Part shown: in pieces, positions 39,350 through 53,944 of the stretch
How the letters are laid out: the number at the start of each line of letters is the position of its first letter
Position numbering within the stretch: position 1 is the first letter of the stretch
NCBI GenBank assembly: GCA_002104905.1
Contig: MCFE01000185.1
Coordinates: forward strand, 74,348 to 138,347
DNA: 64,000 nucleotides
Reading direction: 5' to 3'
Origin: Basidiobolus meristosporus CBS 931.73
Lineage: Eukaryota; Fungi; Basidiobolomycota
Program-made: the position numbers and the translations under genes
Notes under the pieces: model-generated
What the model saw: only the letters and a program-made list of their open reading frames with translations
Databases searched by the model: none
What the model was told of the DNA's origin: nothing

Positions 39350-42300
39350 TCATGCAGTATAAGCTGCTGGCGGTTTCTCGTTGATTTCCTCCTCTTTGTC
39401 ATCGTTTTCGTCCATAACAATCACCCGGCTTTTGAGGAAGGTGCGTTTGAGGAACTTGTAAAACTCGGAAAACACTATGAAGATCACGACCGATACCGCA
39501 ACGATTGACCACTCCCAGGTAAGTGCCTTGTGCCTAAAGATTTCGGTATTAAGGTACGGAATGTACAGGATAGGGAAGATCAGGATAACACCCAGAGTGA
39601 AGCTGCCGACTAGAGCCTTGTTCTCGAACAATCCTGGCAAACTCTTGGGAAGCCATTGGGGCTGGCGTAAGCTCCGGCAATTATACGCATGGATTAGGAA
39701 GAGCAATGTCAATGTTGTGAAAATGGTACCGCGAGCCCTGAATACCGCATCGCAGCTATCGGAGTAGGTGCGGCTACACTCAGTTCCTAGTGATCCGTCA
39801 CCGAAGGCATATACCACTAGAACGAAATCTGCCAGAGCAATAAGTCCCATGACTGTGCCATAGAGAATAATGTCAGCGATAGCCTCATGCGTAAATAAGC
39901 CTCCTTTAGCCTGTCTTGGTGGAACGCGCATGGTCAAGGGGTTGGCAGGTTCAAGGCCTAGAGACATAGCAGGGGGAGAGCTCGTGACCATATTCAAAAA
40001 GAGAATCTGAACGGGGGACATCGGGTTGACAGACTTTCCATCAACATCGATAAAAGCAAGGCCAATGATCAATGCGATAATCTCAGAGACGTTGGTGGAC
40101 ATGAGATGTAGGACGAACTTCTGAATATTGGTGAAAATGCGACGACCCTCTGCTACAGCACGGACGATGGTTGAGAAGTTATCGTCAGTAAGTACGATGT
40201 CGGAGGCATTCTTGGCAACATCAGAACCACCCATTCCCATGGCAATACCAATATTGGCAATTTTCAAACTAGGAGAATCATTTACGCCATCTCCGGTCAT
40301 TGCTGCAACTTTTTTACGTCGGTGGAGTGCCTCGATCATCTTCACTTTGGTGTCAGGGCTACAGCGAGCAATCACATGTGGCAGCTGAGGGAGATTGTCC
40401 ACTTCCTCATTAGTAAGAGAGTCAAATTCGGTAGCAGTCATGACCAGTTTTGCGCTTTCCTTGCTAGCTTGATAATCTGCAGGGAGAATAGCAACTTCTC
40501 TGGCGATGGCTGTAGCGGTAGCAGGATGATCTCCGGTTAACATATGTACCCGAATACCGGCTTTGTAGCACTCGCGCACTGCGTCTTTAGACTCTGCGCG
40601 AGGTGGGTCGTAAATCCCAACCAGTCCTAAGAATACCATGTTTTTGTCAACTTGGTCACGCTCCCAGTAGTCAGGGTGTGTTTCAGAAAGCTGGGGCTCG
40701 ATGTAGCGATATGCAAGGGAGAGTACGCGGAGCCCATTCGAGGCAAGTGTGTCAACTTTGCTTCCGACCATCTGCAACAGCTCTTCTTTTTTCTCGATCA
40801 TTACCTCCTTATCACCGACTCGGACACGGGTGCAGCAGTCGATTACCCGCTCTGTAGCACCTTTCAAAAAGGCAATGTGCTTTCCAGAATTAGCTTCGGT
40901 ATAGACTACGCTCATACGTTTGACAGTCGATTCAAAGGCAAATTCAGCGTGAATATCGAATAAAGCTCGTTGACCATCAACCTCCTTGGTGAGGGCAGGT
41001 TTACCGCTACCAAGTTTAGTGGCAAATACTTGCAAGGCAGTTTCTGTAGGGTCTCCAATCCCGATCCATTGGTTGCTTTTCTTGTCTTGCTTAATGACGG
41101 CCATATTGCACAAGGCGGAGACTTGGATCATTCGTCGCATCGTAGTACTCATGTTATCTTTAGAGATCTTCCGGGCGTTAGGACCAGGGCCAGACATGGA
41201 AACCTCAGCAAGCTCATCTTGGGTGAGCTCGCCCAACTGGAATATTTCACCTTCGGGATTAAATCCTTTTCCGCTAATCTCGTAATATCCATCACCAGGC
41301 AGATAAGCTTTTGTCAAGACCATCTTGGACTGCGTCAAAGTTCCTGTTTTGTCGGAACAGATATTGGTGACCGAGCCTAGAGCTTCTAAAGCGCTGAGCT
41401 GCCGGACAATCGCCTTATTCGTGGCCATGGTTCGGACACCAGCCGCCATAGTTAGTGTGACTACCGCAATAAGCCCTTCAGGAATCACAGCAATACCCAC
41501 GGAAATCGCATAGATTGCAACATCCCCAGAGATCTTGAATTTGTTTACACCAAATACGATCAGAGCTAACAGTATCGCCAATCCAAACAATACAAGGGCC
41601 ATTTTGTCAAGGGACCGTTGCAAAGCAGTTTTCCCGGAGCTTCCACTCTCAAGAAGCCTTTTTGCGATTTTACCAATTTCGCTCTCCATTCCGGTTGCAG
41701 TGACAATGCCTTTTCCACGGCCTTTGGTAACAGTGGTACTGGCATACACCATGTTTCTGCGATCGCCTATAGGCTCCTCAGGGTCTTGTACAAGCTCCAG
41801 TGTCTTCGGAACTGGGACAGACTCTCCAGTTAGCAAAGCTTCATCCACTTCCAAATTGAAGCTCTCAAATAAACGGCAATCAGCACCAATCACATCGCCG
41901 TTTTCAAAAAGTAGAATATCACCCTAATCACGGGTAAGAGTTCTGATTAGTCAAGCTCATCCAAACATGAGGGCGTGACTGGTTTTAGGCTTACCGGAAC
42001 AACCTCAGTGGTTGATACATGGATTTGGTGACCGTCACGGACAACGTGGGAAGTGGGTGAGGCCATCTTTCGTAGGGAATCCATGGTTTTTTCCGCGCGA
42101 TATTCTTGAAAGAAACCGATGGTGGTATTAAGGACGATCACAAAGGCAACGACAGCCCCTTCCACCCAGTCTTTGACCGAGAATGCAACGCCCTACAGGT
42201 GGCATTGTTACTAAAGTCACGAAGAGAATTTTCAAACTGTAAGTCACCTTACCATTGCAATGATTAGAATTACTGTCAAGTAATTGGCAAGTTGCCGCAG

Positions 42301-42492
42301 TAAGACCTTCCAAGGATTCACACCACCATCCCCATTCATTTGATTAGGGCCATATTTCTCGGTACGAGAAACCACTTCTTGCGGCGTCAGTCCGTCTTCA
42401 ATGCAGGTATTTAGTACCTCAACGACCTTTCGAACATCGTATGTATGGTATGGCGCTGCAGGAGAATTGGCTGTTGCGTCAGGTCTGGCCAT
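39350..42492 (-). CDS. ENA1: P-type IID (ENA) Na+/K+-exporting ATPase
   Basis: Exons 42492-42253, 42192-41995 and 41923-39350. Motifs LTGES, IPEGL, CSDKTGTLT, MLTGDH and TGDGVNDSPSLK. Confidence 0.93.
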
Positions 42493-44890
42493 ATGGTATG
42501 CAAGATTTACACGGCTACTAGAGTAGGAATACTATGTATGTAATAAAGTCAGAGTAAACAAGCTTCAATCAGAAGCTATTCCAATCAATAAAAGCTAGAA
42601 CAAAGTTCAAAGTATGGAGATTAGGTTCTACATCAGTCTCTTTTTATATCTCCCGTTAGCAGACAGTTCTGGTGTGTAGCTGCAGCAGTGTTTCTATTGA
42701 TGAACAATCCCTCCTAAAATGGAAGGCTGGAGAAAATGCTGATGGGTGATGATCACACTCTCATTCGTGATTTTCTTATTCCGGATCAAGAAACACATTT
42801 ATTTTAAAATTTAGTAGACCAGATTGTATATTGAAACCGCTTTATAAATAATATAAGCACCTCATCACCGCTTGGGATCCATTTATTAGTAAGAAAGTAG
42901 TGTTCCCAATTTAATTTCCAGGAATGGATACACAACACCCGGATCATATGATTTGTCATCGAGCCTCACTGTCCAGATCTCAACATACTGCTGATATGAA
43001 ATATGCAGATACTCAAACGATGGTCTCACTTATCCGAAGCTCCGCCAAAGCTTAATTTCACGGAAGCTAAAATAAGTGTGCCAGACCGAATCAGTCCACG
43101 AATATTATTTATCTTGGTCGATTGCTTCAGCAGGGCTTCTCCGTAATCCTCCAATGTCCCAAATGGCGATGGATAGAGCAGACTACAGTCAGTGCAGGAG
43201 CTCCAGGTCGCTGTTCGTCGGGAAGTTCGGCGCTAGTTTCTGATTCCAACTGTGGGAAACGGTGATACATGATGAGTCCATCCCCCAAGCCTCCAAAACA
43301 GAGGGATTCTAGCACTCATGCAGGAGAAGCCTGACATGCTCAACTGATCGTCACTTGCTATCAGACAGCTCTTAGCACAGACCCCATTGGTTATTCTTTG
43401 CTACATGTCCAATTGATATCCACGTCTATATTTTGGTTTCATACTAGCTCTAATGGAGGATCATGAATGTTATGTGTTCAAAGATTGTGGAAGGCATGTG
43501 ACATTCCATTCCAGAATTTCTAATTTTACTTTGTAATTCGTTACAACTCGTTTGCTAACAGAAGCATTCTCTAACTGTACCATTAGTCTATATTTAGCGA
43601 TTCAGTGTCGGGTCCTGAGACATCGGTCGTTCGAGAATGGATCCCCCTGGTGATACAAGATGAATTGATTCCGATATTACCATCATCCAGATAGGGTAGC
43701 CTAATGATTGTTCAGGCATTGCTGAAAGGGGACCTTATTGGCTTATTCTGGAGTTACCTTCAATGCCTGTCTCAACACCGCACCGTATAGCACAAACGCA
43801 GATAACGGGTGTCGAATGATCTCTTGTACCACGCAAACAACTCGTCACGAATTTAATGTTTTAGGTATTACAAGATGGATCTTCTATAGCTGCTTAGTTG
43901 GATCCATACCCCAACGAGTACTAGAGCGCGAAAAAAAGCAATAGACTTCGGAGCGCGGTAGCTATTGCTGCATTGTGCACCCTCTGTCTAGCGCCCGAGA
44001 ATGATTGTCATAGTATGACTAGTGCTCTTATACATGGCGCCAGTGGCTCCTATCTGGCAATTTGTGTGGATTACGTCTTCTTAATCAATACTGGAACTAT
44101 GATTGTAGAATTGATCCTACTTGATGGGTGTCAGCAGATCCAATAGGCATTAAGGCGGTTATTGAATAGAGTAGCATCATTGGAACATTCTGTCTCTTGA
44201 TAAAGTCGTATGAGATATAACCAATCAACTTGTTCTTCAATGGTGGAATCAAGCTAGCTCCATAATAGATCGGATTTTGAAACCAGCCCAAGCTAAAGCT
44301 GAGGGAAACTTACGTTAGATTCCGGATACTTCAACAGGATTTCTGCAAGCACCAGTCGAGAAGATTCACCGTCTTGGAAATCTCAGGCCATCCCAATATG
44401 GCTCTGCACCACTGGAGAAATGCCCCTTCGAAAGTGGGAAACATGTATGGCTATGCATTATGAAGGCCGGTATTGGGAATATCAACCCGATGGAGGCAAT
44501 ATCAAGTCAGTACTCGCCAGACCTGTGCTTGGTGGCTTTCGGATATACAGGTATTCATGATACGAGGTGGTCAGAATGTTCGTGATTTCCACGAGCTCCC
44601 TGAGATCCACATTAGATGGTCTGTATGTTTGTCTGCCGTAGCAAATACGAAGCCATATCCATCAAACTGCAACGCTTCCATCTCATAGCACAATCGTTCA
44701 GTCTCGCTTCGCTTCCCATTACCATCCCAACAGACCTTTCATCTGGATCTATCTACCAAGACCTAAATCGGTCTATGTTGCCATGAATATCGGGTGATTT
44801 TGAAGATCACCAGCAGCGCAGCACTGTTTCACTAGCCTTAGTATCCAAAGTACATCAATGCCATAAGATCCGTTTATTTGCTGAAAAGTG

Positions 44891-46013
44891 CTAATCCAGT
44901 TTTTCTAATTCATCAATCAATTCTTGAACATCGAAGGATGATGGATCATGGTGGAACTTTTCCACCAGCTTCTTCTTGCGTTCAGATCCGGTTACATAGA
45001 ACTGTTGCAACGCATATACCAAGAATTGCGCGTCCTGTGGCGATAGAATTCTGGGCTTGTCAGCGATTTCGCCGTGCATCAACACTATGTTCTTGGAATC
45101 CTTGAGGTCAGTGTAGTGGGTGAGGGTCAGATAGGGACGTGCATTTTCCCCATGGGTTTTGTATTCGAGCAAGGAGGTGAAATAGCACTGATGGAAGGCG
45201 AATTGCAGTAGATACATTTCTGCTCCTTCTTGGCGTGGGACTGGCAACACAAACTACAGAAAAAGGCAAAGTTAGTGTTGTCAAAATAACCCAGGATAAA
45301 TGGGCCGCCCGTACCAATGGGTATTTCTTGGAACGCTCGAAAAGCTTCCCGTATGTTTCAGCGGGAATGACGGCCGATAGGCAGTCTTTGTTAGCGTGGT
45401 ACTCGGTCCAAATTTTACCAATCGTTTCGGCGTCTTCGGCAAGAACTTTATCAAGCTTCAATATTTTGTCAAGAGGCTGGTATCGATGGGAAGCCAGTAT
45501 TAGTAATGAAGCGGCTCGAGTCGAGGAAGGGGGTTTTCTCGACTCACCTTCACGTTAGAGGGGAGACCGTTACTTGTATACTCTACGGATGAAGCGGAAG
45601 GGATTTTTCGGGCATCAGTCGAAGACTTGTCATTCACAGCATTTGTAGCAGTATCGGTGGTGGCTCTAGTGGTTGGGTATGTGTATGAAACCTTTACTGG
45701 CTTCAACACTTTGTCTTTAAGTTCTTGAACAGTCTTGACACCTTCTCTAGAAATTTTGTAAACCTGGGTTGGATTGACTATATTAAACAAGGAGTAGCTT
45801 TCTCATCACTTACGATTCAGCTTTGCGCTTTAACTTGTCAGCATACTTCTGTTCATAGAAAACTTGGGGATCAACGCTAGAATGTTCCCGACGTAGAATG
45901 GAGCGTGGGAAAAGCACAGAAGAAACTGAAGCAGGTCTAGTGCTAGCCTTCGGTATGGGAAACCTTGCTTTACCGGGGGTAACACGTCGAATAACTGAAG
46001 CCCAAGCGTTCAT
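44891..46013 (-). CDS. ATP11: Mitochondrial F1-ATPase assembly chaperone Atp11
   Basis: Introns 45747-45813, 45477-45547 and 45254-45314. Basic presequence; EGVKTVQELK, LDKILKLDK...IGKIWTEYH, FVLPVPR...LLQF, FTSLLEYKTHGENARPYLTLTHY. Confidence 0.92.
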
Positions 46014-47700
46014 GCTGAAGGTTAACTTGTCAAGTACAAACTGTTGAGTCTGAGCGCAATTCCTCTACAAAAATTTCGAATTTTGCCCTTCCCCACTTCT
46101 CAGCAAAATGCACGATCACTCCATGGCCATATACCGAATGCGGATTTCCCAAGGCGATCAACAATCGGAGCGTAAGTGATTAATTTCCAATTAATCGCAT
46201 GTGAGATCTGGAGCTGACTGTTGAAACATATGTATCGTCCAATGATCTCATCCATTGCTTAATGGTGATTCTCATTAACTAGTATGACCGGCTTTAATGG
46301 CGGTGTATTCTATGTTGTGAATATTCAAAGTTGAATATTTGAAAACCAGGTTGGAAACAACAAAATCTTTGCACTTCCCACGGTATTGATGCGTCACGCT
46401 CATTATAGTCAACATTTACCGTACTCCACCCGTACACTTGGGCCTGCAGATTTTTCGAAGGAGTTTATGCAGTCTTGAGTACACCTTTAGTACGATTAGG
46501 TACTAGCAGAGTTCCCGAAAGCTCGGAATCCACCTTAGCAGAAAGCATCCCGTAGCCAAGCCTGGTAATAATACATCAGACATCGATTCCCTTTTTGCTA
46601 TTCAACGCAAAGAGATCGAGCGACTAGCTACAAAAGCCCTTTCAAAAACATCCCTGCTACCCAGTGCTAATATTGGTAATTGGTATAAGGAAAACCCCAA
46701 CTCAAGAGTTGACTAGATGCTATTGAAAATGGGTGGTTATTTCATAGTAAAACGTACACCTTCTGACGCTATGAGAATGAAGCAATAGACTACATCTATC
46801 CCGTGGGATGACGACTGTGACTAAATAATGGCGAACTTTCAATGCCAATAAACCCCGGAACTTCGGATGTTTCCGGGCTATGGATTAGAGTATTCGTGCT
46901 ACATCAATGCCAATTTTAAGGCTTAAGTAGGAAGCGCTGCTGGTGCTGAAAACATCTGAGCACTTTCCATTTCCACATCAACTATTCAGAGGTAAGTTCG
47001 TTCTTGGGTGGCACTCATACTTACCACAATACCTAGCGTTCCAATCACACCAGGGCTTACCATTAGTGTTGGTAAGGGCGCACTTGAAATCACAGTACTA
47101 CATCCGCAGGGGTATTCAGGCGCCTACTGGGTCCGAATGTTTCATCACTACATGGAGAATCCCACACTGGGGCATGTTCACGCTTTCAAATCCTGTTACA
47201 AAGCACCCAGCATTCCAAGAAGACAATGATCGACTCACCGGACTGCTCGGTGGAATACTGACAACACACCAGTAGCTTACCCCTTCAAATCTACTGATCT
47301 CGTTGATGAAGCCTAACTTCGGTGCCGTTCTCGCCGATTAGCCAGAGATTTCTTTGATTCAATCATGCAGCTATTTCGAGCTATCGGCATTGCTGCCTGA
47401 AGATTCGGTTTACGCCATCAAGAGCCCAAGGATTCGGCCCTTGGTAATATAATTACTGAATATGAGCCATTTAAATAACACCGAGACCATGTCTTGGTTT
47501 AGCGCTTAATCGAACCCCCGTCCGCAATGCACATGGAGATTTCAGGGCTGACTATGCGAAAATGTCAGGTAAGTGACTACTTTGATCATCAGCGCCCGTG
47601 TTTTGCCGCATCCACGAGTCCTTCGCGTGACACAAATCAACATACATATATATATCCCGGGGAATTCTATCGAGCCCCTCAAGTAACCCTCCAGCAAATC

Positions 47701-49510
47701 ATGAACCATTCCAATACAGAAATCTTAATCGTCGGCGGCGGCCCAGTTGGCTTATCCTGTGCGATCTCTTTTGCTAAAGCAGGATTTGGCGTCAGAATTA
47801 TTGGTAATACTCCCGATCAATCTCTTTTGCTTGTTCATCGTACTTATGACTGGGCTAAATTCTAGAGAAGCATCCCGAGCGCTCGAAGGAATCAAGGGCC
47901 TTAGGAATCCATGCCCGAACAATGGAGATCTTCCATAACCTGGATGTTGCCGGCGTGTTTCTCCAGAACGCTTTCGCAGTCGATGGATTCAATGTTTACA
48001 ACCGAGGGGTTTGCATCTCGCACTTTACCCTGGGCCATCTGGATACTCAGTTTGCCTCGGTTTATAGCATTCCCCAGGCGAAAACTGAGATGTTTCTACA
48101 CGAGCATCTGACCAAGACTTTCGGAGTAACCATCGAGCGAAACACCGAGTTGTTAGCCTTCGAAAACCTCGAAGACAAGGTTGTGGCTAGAGTCAAGAAG
48201 TCAATCGACGGAAATGAAAGCGAAGAGATCATTGAAGCCAAGTATTTGATTGGGTGTGACGGCGCCCACAGCTCTGTGAGAAAGAAGCTTGGCCTACAAT
48301 TTGAAGGCATCTCCATGCAGAACAAATGGCATTTTATGGATGCTGTGATAGAGACCGACCTCCCATCTTGCAATGGCATGAAGTACATATCCGATAAATT
48401 CTATTCCCTGCTGTTCTGTTTTAACCACAAACTCTTAGTACTTTCTTGGAAGACAAAGGTGCCCTACTCCTAATCCCCATGGGTGACGACGTCTACCGTA
48501 TCTTGCTAGACACCGGCTCGGATGATATGCTTGCCGAGTTTAGCGAAGAGGCATACATAAGAAGGGCCAAGAGTCTGGTGTCCCCCTACAGGCTAGATAT
48601 AAAGAGTGTGCAGTGGTTCACCACCTTCCAGGTGAATGAACGGAAGGTCAAGGAGTTCAGTAAAGGAAGGGTCTTCATTTGTGGGGATGCTGCCCACATC
48701 CATAGCCCTGCCGGAGGTCAGGGGATGAACACTGGAATCCAAGATGCGTACAATCTGGCTTGGAAGCTCTCAATGGTTGAAAACCACAAGGGAAACAGAA
48801 ATAGTCTGGTTTCTAGCTACACAATGGAGAGAGAGCCCATCGCAGCGAGTGTGCTTGAAATGAGTGGAGCACTGTTCCGTGCGTTTTCAACCAATAATTC
48901 CTTGTTGCTGTACATTCGCAGCCGTATTGTGTCTGCCGTAAACTCCATTCCATATGTTAGGAACATGATGGGTCTAAGGGTTTCTGGACTGGCGATTGAA
49001 TATCCTCAGGGACCGCTCACTGTGCCGCATACTGGCTGGGTTGCACAGGGACCCACCAGTGTCAGGGCTGGTCGTCGTGTTCCTGATATTGTTTTCCAAA
49101 ACTCGACGATAAAAAGGCTCCATGATATCTTTGCTGACTTCAATGGCTTCCGTATTGTCTTGTGGTTGCCCTCAGGAAGCGCTGCGAACAGCTCACAATA
49201 CCTGGAAACGCTTAAAACAAAAGTGACGGGGCTTCACAGTAGATACGATGGCAATGGCTCATTCTTGAAGCCTCTTATTATTACTGATGACACCAGCAAG
49301 GTTAATACGACCAACATCCCGAGCCTAGATGGTGTCTTTGGTTCCAGCAGTATATTTGCGGTGAGCTTTGATGATGTCCAAGCCAGATTTGGATTTACCC
49401 AAAATGAGCCGGTTGCCCTGGCTGTACGTCCTGATGGCTATCTTGGGATCGCCATGTACCTCCAAGATATTGGTCATATTGATGACTATTTCCAACGATT
49501 CATGAACTAG
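47701..49510 (+). CDS. FAD-dependent monooxygenase (FAD_binding_3, PheA/TfdB-like aromatic hydroxylase)
   Basis: Introns 47804-47865 and 48383-48438. Motifs IVGGGPVGL, GCDGAHS and GDAAHIHSPAGGQGMNTGIQDA. Confidence 0.92.
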
Positions 49511-51047
49511 CCACTGGCAACCACAGTACGAATTCTTTATTTTACCCGAACAAGATATTTCTCGCATCATATAACGTAGCATACCCAAATTACCACCACT
49601 ATGCCTGTATCTTCAATCAATAAAGTGCTTACCCACTTCGGTTGATGACCAGTTTTTTCAACATCCCAGAGGCTTTGAAACTCAGTTTGTTGTCAAGTCT
49701 CGAGCCCTTGAACAAACCACATGTATTTCCTTTGGACAGTTCATTCCGCTGGCACAATACCAGAGAGCCAAGATCTACTTCAGCAACCATTCTCGCCAAC
49801 ATCCAACAGCGACACTCGTAAACAGCTATGTGATATCAAACAGAGCTCGGAGTCGCACAATAAGATATAGAGCGCCTGCATAGAGTACAACCATATCATA
49901 ATTTGAACAACTACATTGTTACTAGCAGTCATTGGACAAACGCTGCCTGGGAATGTACAGTAGGCATGCTGGATAGACCAAGCGTAGAAAGGAGGGAATT
50001 ACACCTCGACATGCCACAATACTGACCGCTAAGTTGGTAAGCAGTGAAGCGGCAGCCTTTCAGATTTTATTGATGTCACTCCTTTTCCAACATGAGGGTT
50101 TGTTGAGGCTACCTCATCCCATTACGTCGCCTCATCCAATCAAAAGTATTGGTTTGACAGGAATTTGACGTGTTTGGTGAGTCGATGTGTATACTAATCC
50201 TAATAAATCTGCTGTAACTGAGCCTATATTATGAATTTTTTTCAGCTTTCCAGACCAATCGGCTAGAATTAGATGGATGGGACTTGGGGTACAGATCTGT
50301 GGTATCTACCCCGTATGTAAATGCAGCAAGTCCCTGATCTGGGGAGATTTCCTCCACTTGACAACTGGGCAGAGCTTAGCTTCGGCACTTCTGGCCTGGC
50401 AAGGGATCCGTGTGCCGGGACGTGCTGCGGCTGGGCAGTGACTCTGGTGGATGCTGCTCGTTGATACACACATGTCAACGGTGAGAGCTGTGCCGCGCCT
50501 GGTGTCCAGAACGCATGGTGCTGGGCCAGCATACATGTAATACTTTGTAGCAGAATTGTGTTCGAAAGCACCGTGATAATATTAGACAGGAGCACTGTAG
50601 CCTATAGCCCGTGTAACCGTGTAACCGTGCGATTTTGTGCGTCATTACGGGGAATGAAGAAATACTGTTTGAGCTTAAGCTCGTGTTGTAGATTGCGGAT
50701 AGGCATGATATTTTGATAGATCCATGAAATTATCGATATGAACGCAAGTGCGATATTTTATGAGCCAAGATCTAAGGAAATGGTTTGAATTTGGGCATAG
50801 CTTCCACAGATGGGTAAGATGTGATTTTATATTTGCATCGGGGGCTATCCACAAATTTATTTCCAAAAGTCAGCGTGCAGGGAAATTTGTTGGGCTAGTT
50901 TCTATACGTTTTTTGTCTTTCAAAACTCTTACTCACTCTATCCCTTTTTGTATATTGGTTTTCGTTTACTCTTTTCCGCCGTCGTTCCCTTCACCGTTTT
51001 AAATACTTGAACCTTGTACATCAACCAGTTGTTTTCGATAAACTTGA

Positions 51048-53944
51048 ATGGATACTGATGATCTCACTTCGAGAACCCCTTGGCGGAGACCTGGTTCTTC
51101 TCCATACCTAAAAGATGCCAATTTCATCGACCGTCTGGCTGCTTCATTAGACCGGTACATTTCGTGTTATTTTCTTATGTATGTCTTCCATTGCTGATTC
51201 TAATCGGATTTTCCTTCTTGTACTATCTTTGGGCTGTTGTGGTCGTTCTATTGCTGATCGCGGATTTGGCATTGGATCTTGGTTTGACAGACATCGCGCC
51301 TTTAGTGTAATTCTTGTTTGGATGATCATGATCTTGCTTGATTATTGTTTCAACATACCCGTTGAATGGTTGCTCTTTTCTTACTTCACCTTTACAATCT
51401 TTTTCAACGCTTTCTCCATCAGTATAGCAGTATTCATTGTATTCTTCACTTTAATACTCACCACGAGTGCGCTGACTTACCTTCTTGTCTCATACCGAGT
51501 CACTAATCTCCTGGCTGCGTCAGTGGTCAATGCTTCCTTGGTTCATGGCTTTCACGGTCTAGATGTTGTAGGTTGGATATTGGTCTCAATGCTCTCAGCC
51601 GCTCGATATTGGCTACCATGGTTCAATGCGCTTCCACCAGATTTCATGGCACCCGTCGCAGCCCACTGTACCTCCTTTGGGTTCCTCTGGATACTGTACC
51701 ACTTCGCATTTTTCGTGCATTCATCGTTTGACAAAGTCGGGCTCTTCTTCGGACTAGTGATTCCCAAACCACCAGTGATATACATAAAAAACATCAAAGA
51801 GACTGGCACTAGCATATATTGGACACTCCCGGAAAAGCCATCTGTAGAAAAATATCTTATCGAGATTAATGGTATGTTAGCAGGTGAGTCCGACAAACAG
51901 GAGACCTCGGTGGAGATTATGGGACTTTCTCCCGATTCCTGGTACAAGATTCGCGTGTGGGCAGTCTCGAATTCCCGGATACGAACACCGTCGCAATGCA
52001 TCGTGATCAAAACCCTGCCTTCAGCTCCGGTCGCGTTCCCTCCCTCTGGCAAAGGTAGGTCTCAGTAGAACGGACTCAAAGGCTTCATTTATTTACTGAT
52101 AACTCTAACCTGTAGTGACGAAAGAGACCCCTACGAACCCCTTAGAAGTACAGGATGCAGTAGTTGCTACCAAAACCGTATCCAAATCAGAAGAAAACAC
52201 TCAGACGACAATCACAGAGGACAAAATAGATGCATTGCGGAGCGAATGCGAAACTGTAAGGAAGCAGCGACAAGAAATAGCCCAAAACGCCTACGAAGCA
52301 GAGAAACAATCGAAAGCTGAGGAAGAGAAGATCCGAAGCGAATTGGAGCGTCTTCGGGCACTTAAAAGAGCTGAAGAGGAGCCCAAGATGAAGTTGAAGA
52401 GTCGACTAAAATCACTTGACGATTCGAAAATCGAAGCGGAAGCAGCGCGTACGAAGTTAGAACGAGAGCTCAAGGTGGAACAAAACGCTAAACAACATTC
52501 CTTGGACGCCCTCTTTAATAAGGAAAAGGAGAAGGAAAAATATCAGAGATCATTAGAAGCTGTCAAAGATAAAGTCCAACAAGGAAAGGAAGAGTTTGAC
52601 AAACAAAAGGCCGAGTTAGAAGAGTCGATTAAACAATTCAATAATGACATCTCGTTTGCGGAGGTAGAGCTAACTAATGTCATGCAAGCTAAGGAAGAAC
52701 TATGGAATAAAATAGTTGAGAAAAAGGAAGAGTTGAAGGGGATTGTGAATGAAAACGGTAAGATTGCTGAGCCTGACAACAAGCTAAGAAGCCAAACCAA
52801 GACACTGGATCAGGAGCACCGAGTACTTTTCCAGAAATACCTTCAACTTCAAGACTTCGAGCGTACCATCAAAGAGCAGTTGCAACGGCTTGATCACGAA
52901 AAGTGGACCATCATGGAGGAGTTGAATAAGGCTAGAAGACTCGTTCGTCCCGACAGTGTTTATGCTGGTGGCTATCAGCTGTTTGGCCCTGCTGGAGGCG
53001 AAAGTCTGCCGGAGTTTTCATTATCTGGCCCCAATGAAGCCCATCATCCGGTGAGCACTACAACTGCGCCAAACAATTACCCCGCCGTTGGCAGTGGAAG
53101 CTTCTTCACCTCACAAAGTGAAATACCTTCCACTTCAGTTTCAACGAGCACCTTCCCTTCGACCACCTCTCAACCACAATCGCTGTTCTCGGGATTCACC
53201 GGCGCGTTCGCCCCATCCTCAGGCGCGGTGGGTGAAAAGCGAAATATCAACAATCCGCTACGAAACCTAGCGATCAACAACAACAGCGCCCCCGACTTGC
53301 TTGCTGTGTTGGGCTCGGGTACGATTCCCAACTCGAGCGGCTACAGTAAGCGGGACGTCAATGAACCCTCCAACCCCCCAACAAGCAGCTCCTTCAGACC
53401 GCGCCACCGGTATCAGTCTTCCCACGGAAGTGTCCACTCTTTGTTCGAATACGGGCCGGTGGGTAGCATTGATGACCCCATTGAGTATGCAGCAGCGTCG
53501 GTACCTTCAGTGTCCAACATGACTCCTTCGCGGTCAGCGACAGTCAGTCCGGAGTTTGAGACGCTTGCAGGAAATGGAAATACGCTGTTCCCCGTCGTGC
53601 GTAGTCCTTCGCCAGCGGGGACGATCACGCCGCCTTCAGGAGTTACCAATGGAAGAATGTTCAGGGGACGAGAGTTTAACTTTTTTGGTCGCTCCCCCGA
53701 GAGTAACGAAATCCCGAATTCAAGGCCCCAACTTCCATCAGGTATTCTGGAGACGGTCAATGGAGGTACAGAATTCCCGAGCATCAAGAAAGCACCGGTC
53801 AGTAGTCTAGCTGATAGATCCACCTCACCAGTGTCAGTAGAGGGCAGATCTAGAAACTCCTCCACCTCGTCACGACGTATTTCATTTGCAAGCAGATTTG
53901 AGCCGTTTTCTGGTTGGCCTGCCAAGAGTAGTAATAATAAATGA
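51048..53944 (+). CDS. Macoilin-like multi-TM protein with fibronectin type III domain and long coiled coil
   Basis: Introns 51155-51290 and 52055-52115. TM N-terminus (ILVWMIMILLDY..., AAHCTSFG) resembles macoilin; FN3-like IYWTLP...YLIEING...GLSPDSWYKIRVWAVS; E/K-rich coiled coil; S/P-rich tail. Confidence 0.8.

Noticed and set aside
42500-47500. tRNA or other ncRNA genes in the long intergenic stretches
   Set aside because: No cloverleaf or A/B-box pattern recognised by eye; tRNAscan-SE/Infernal would be needed to exclude them.
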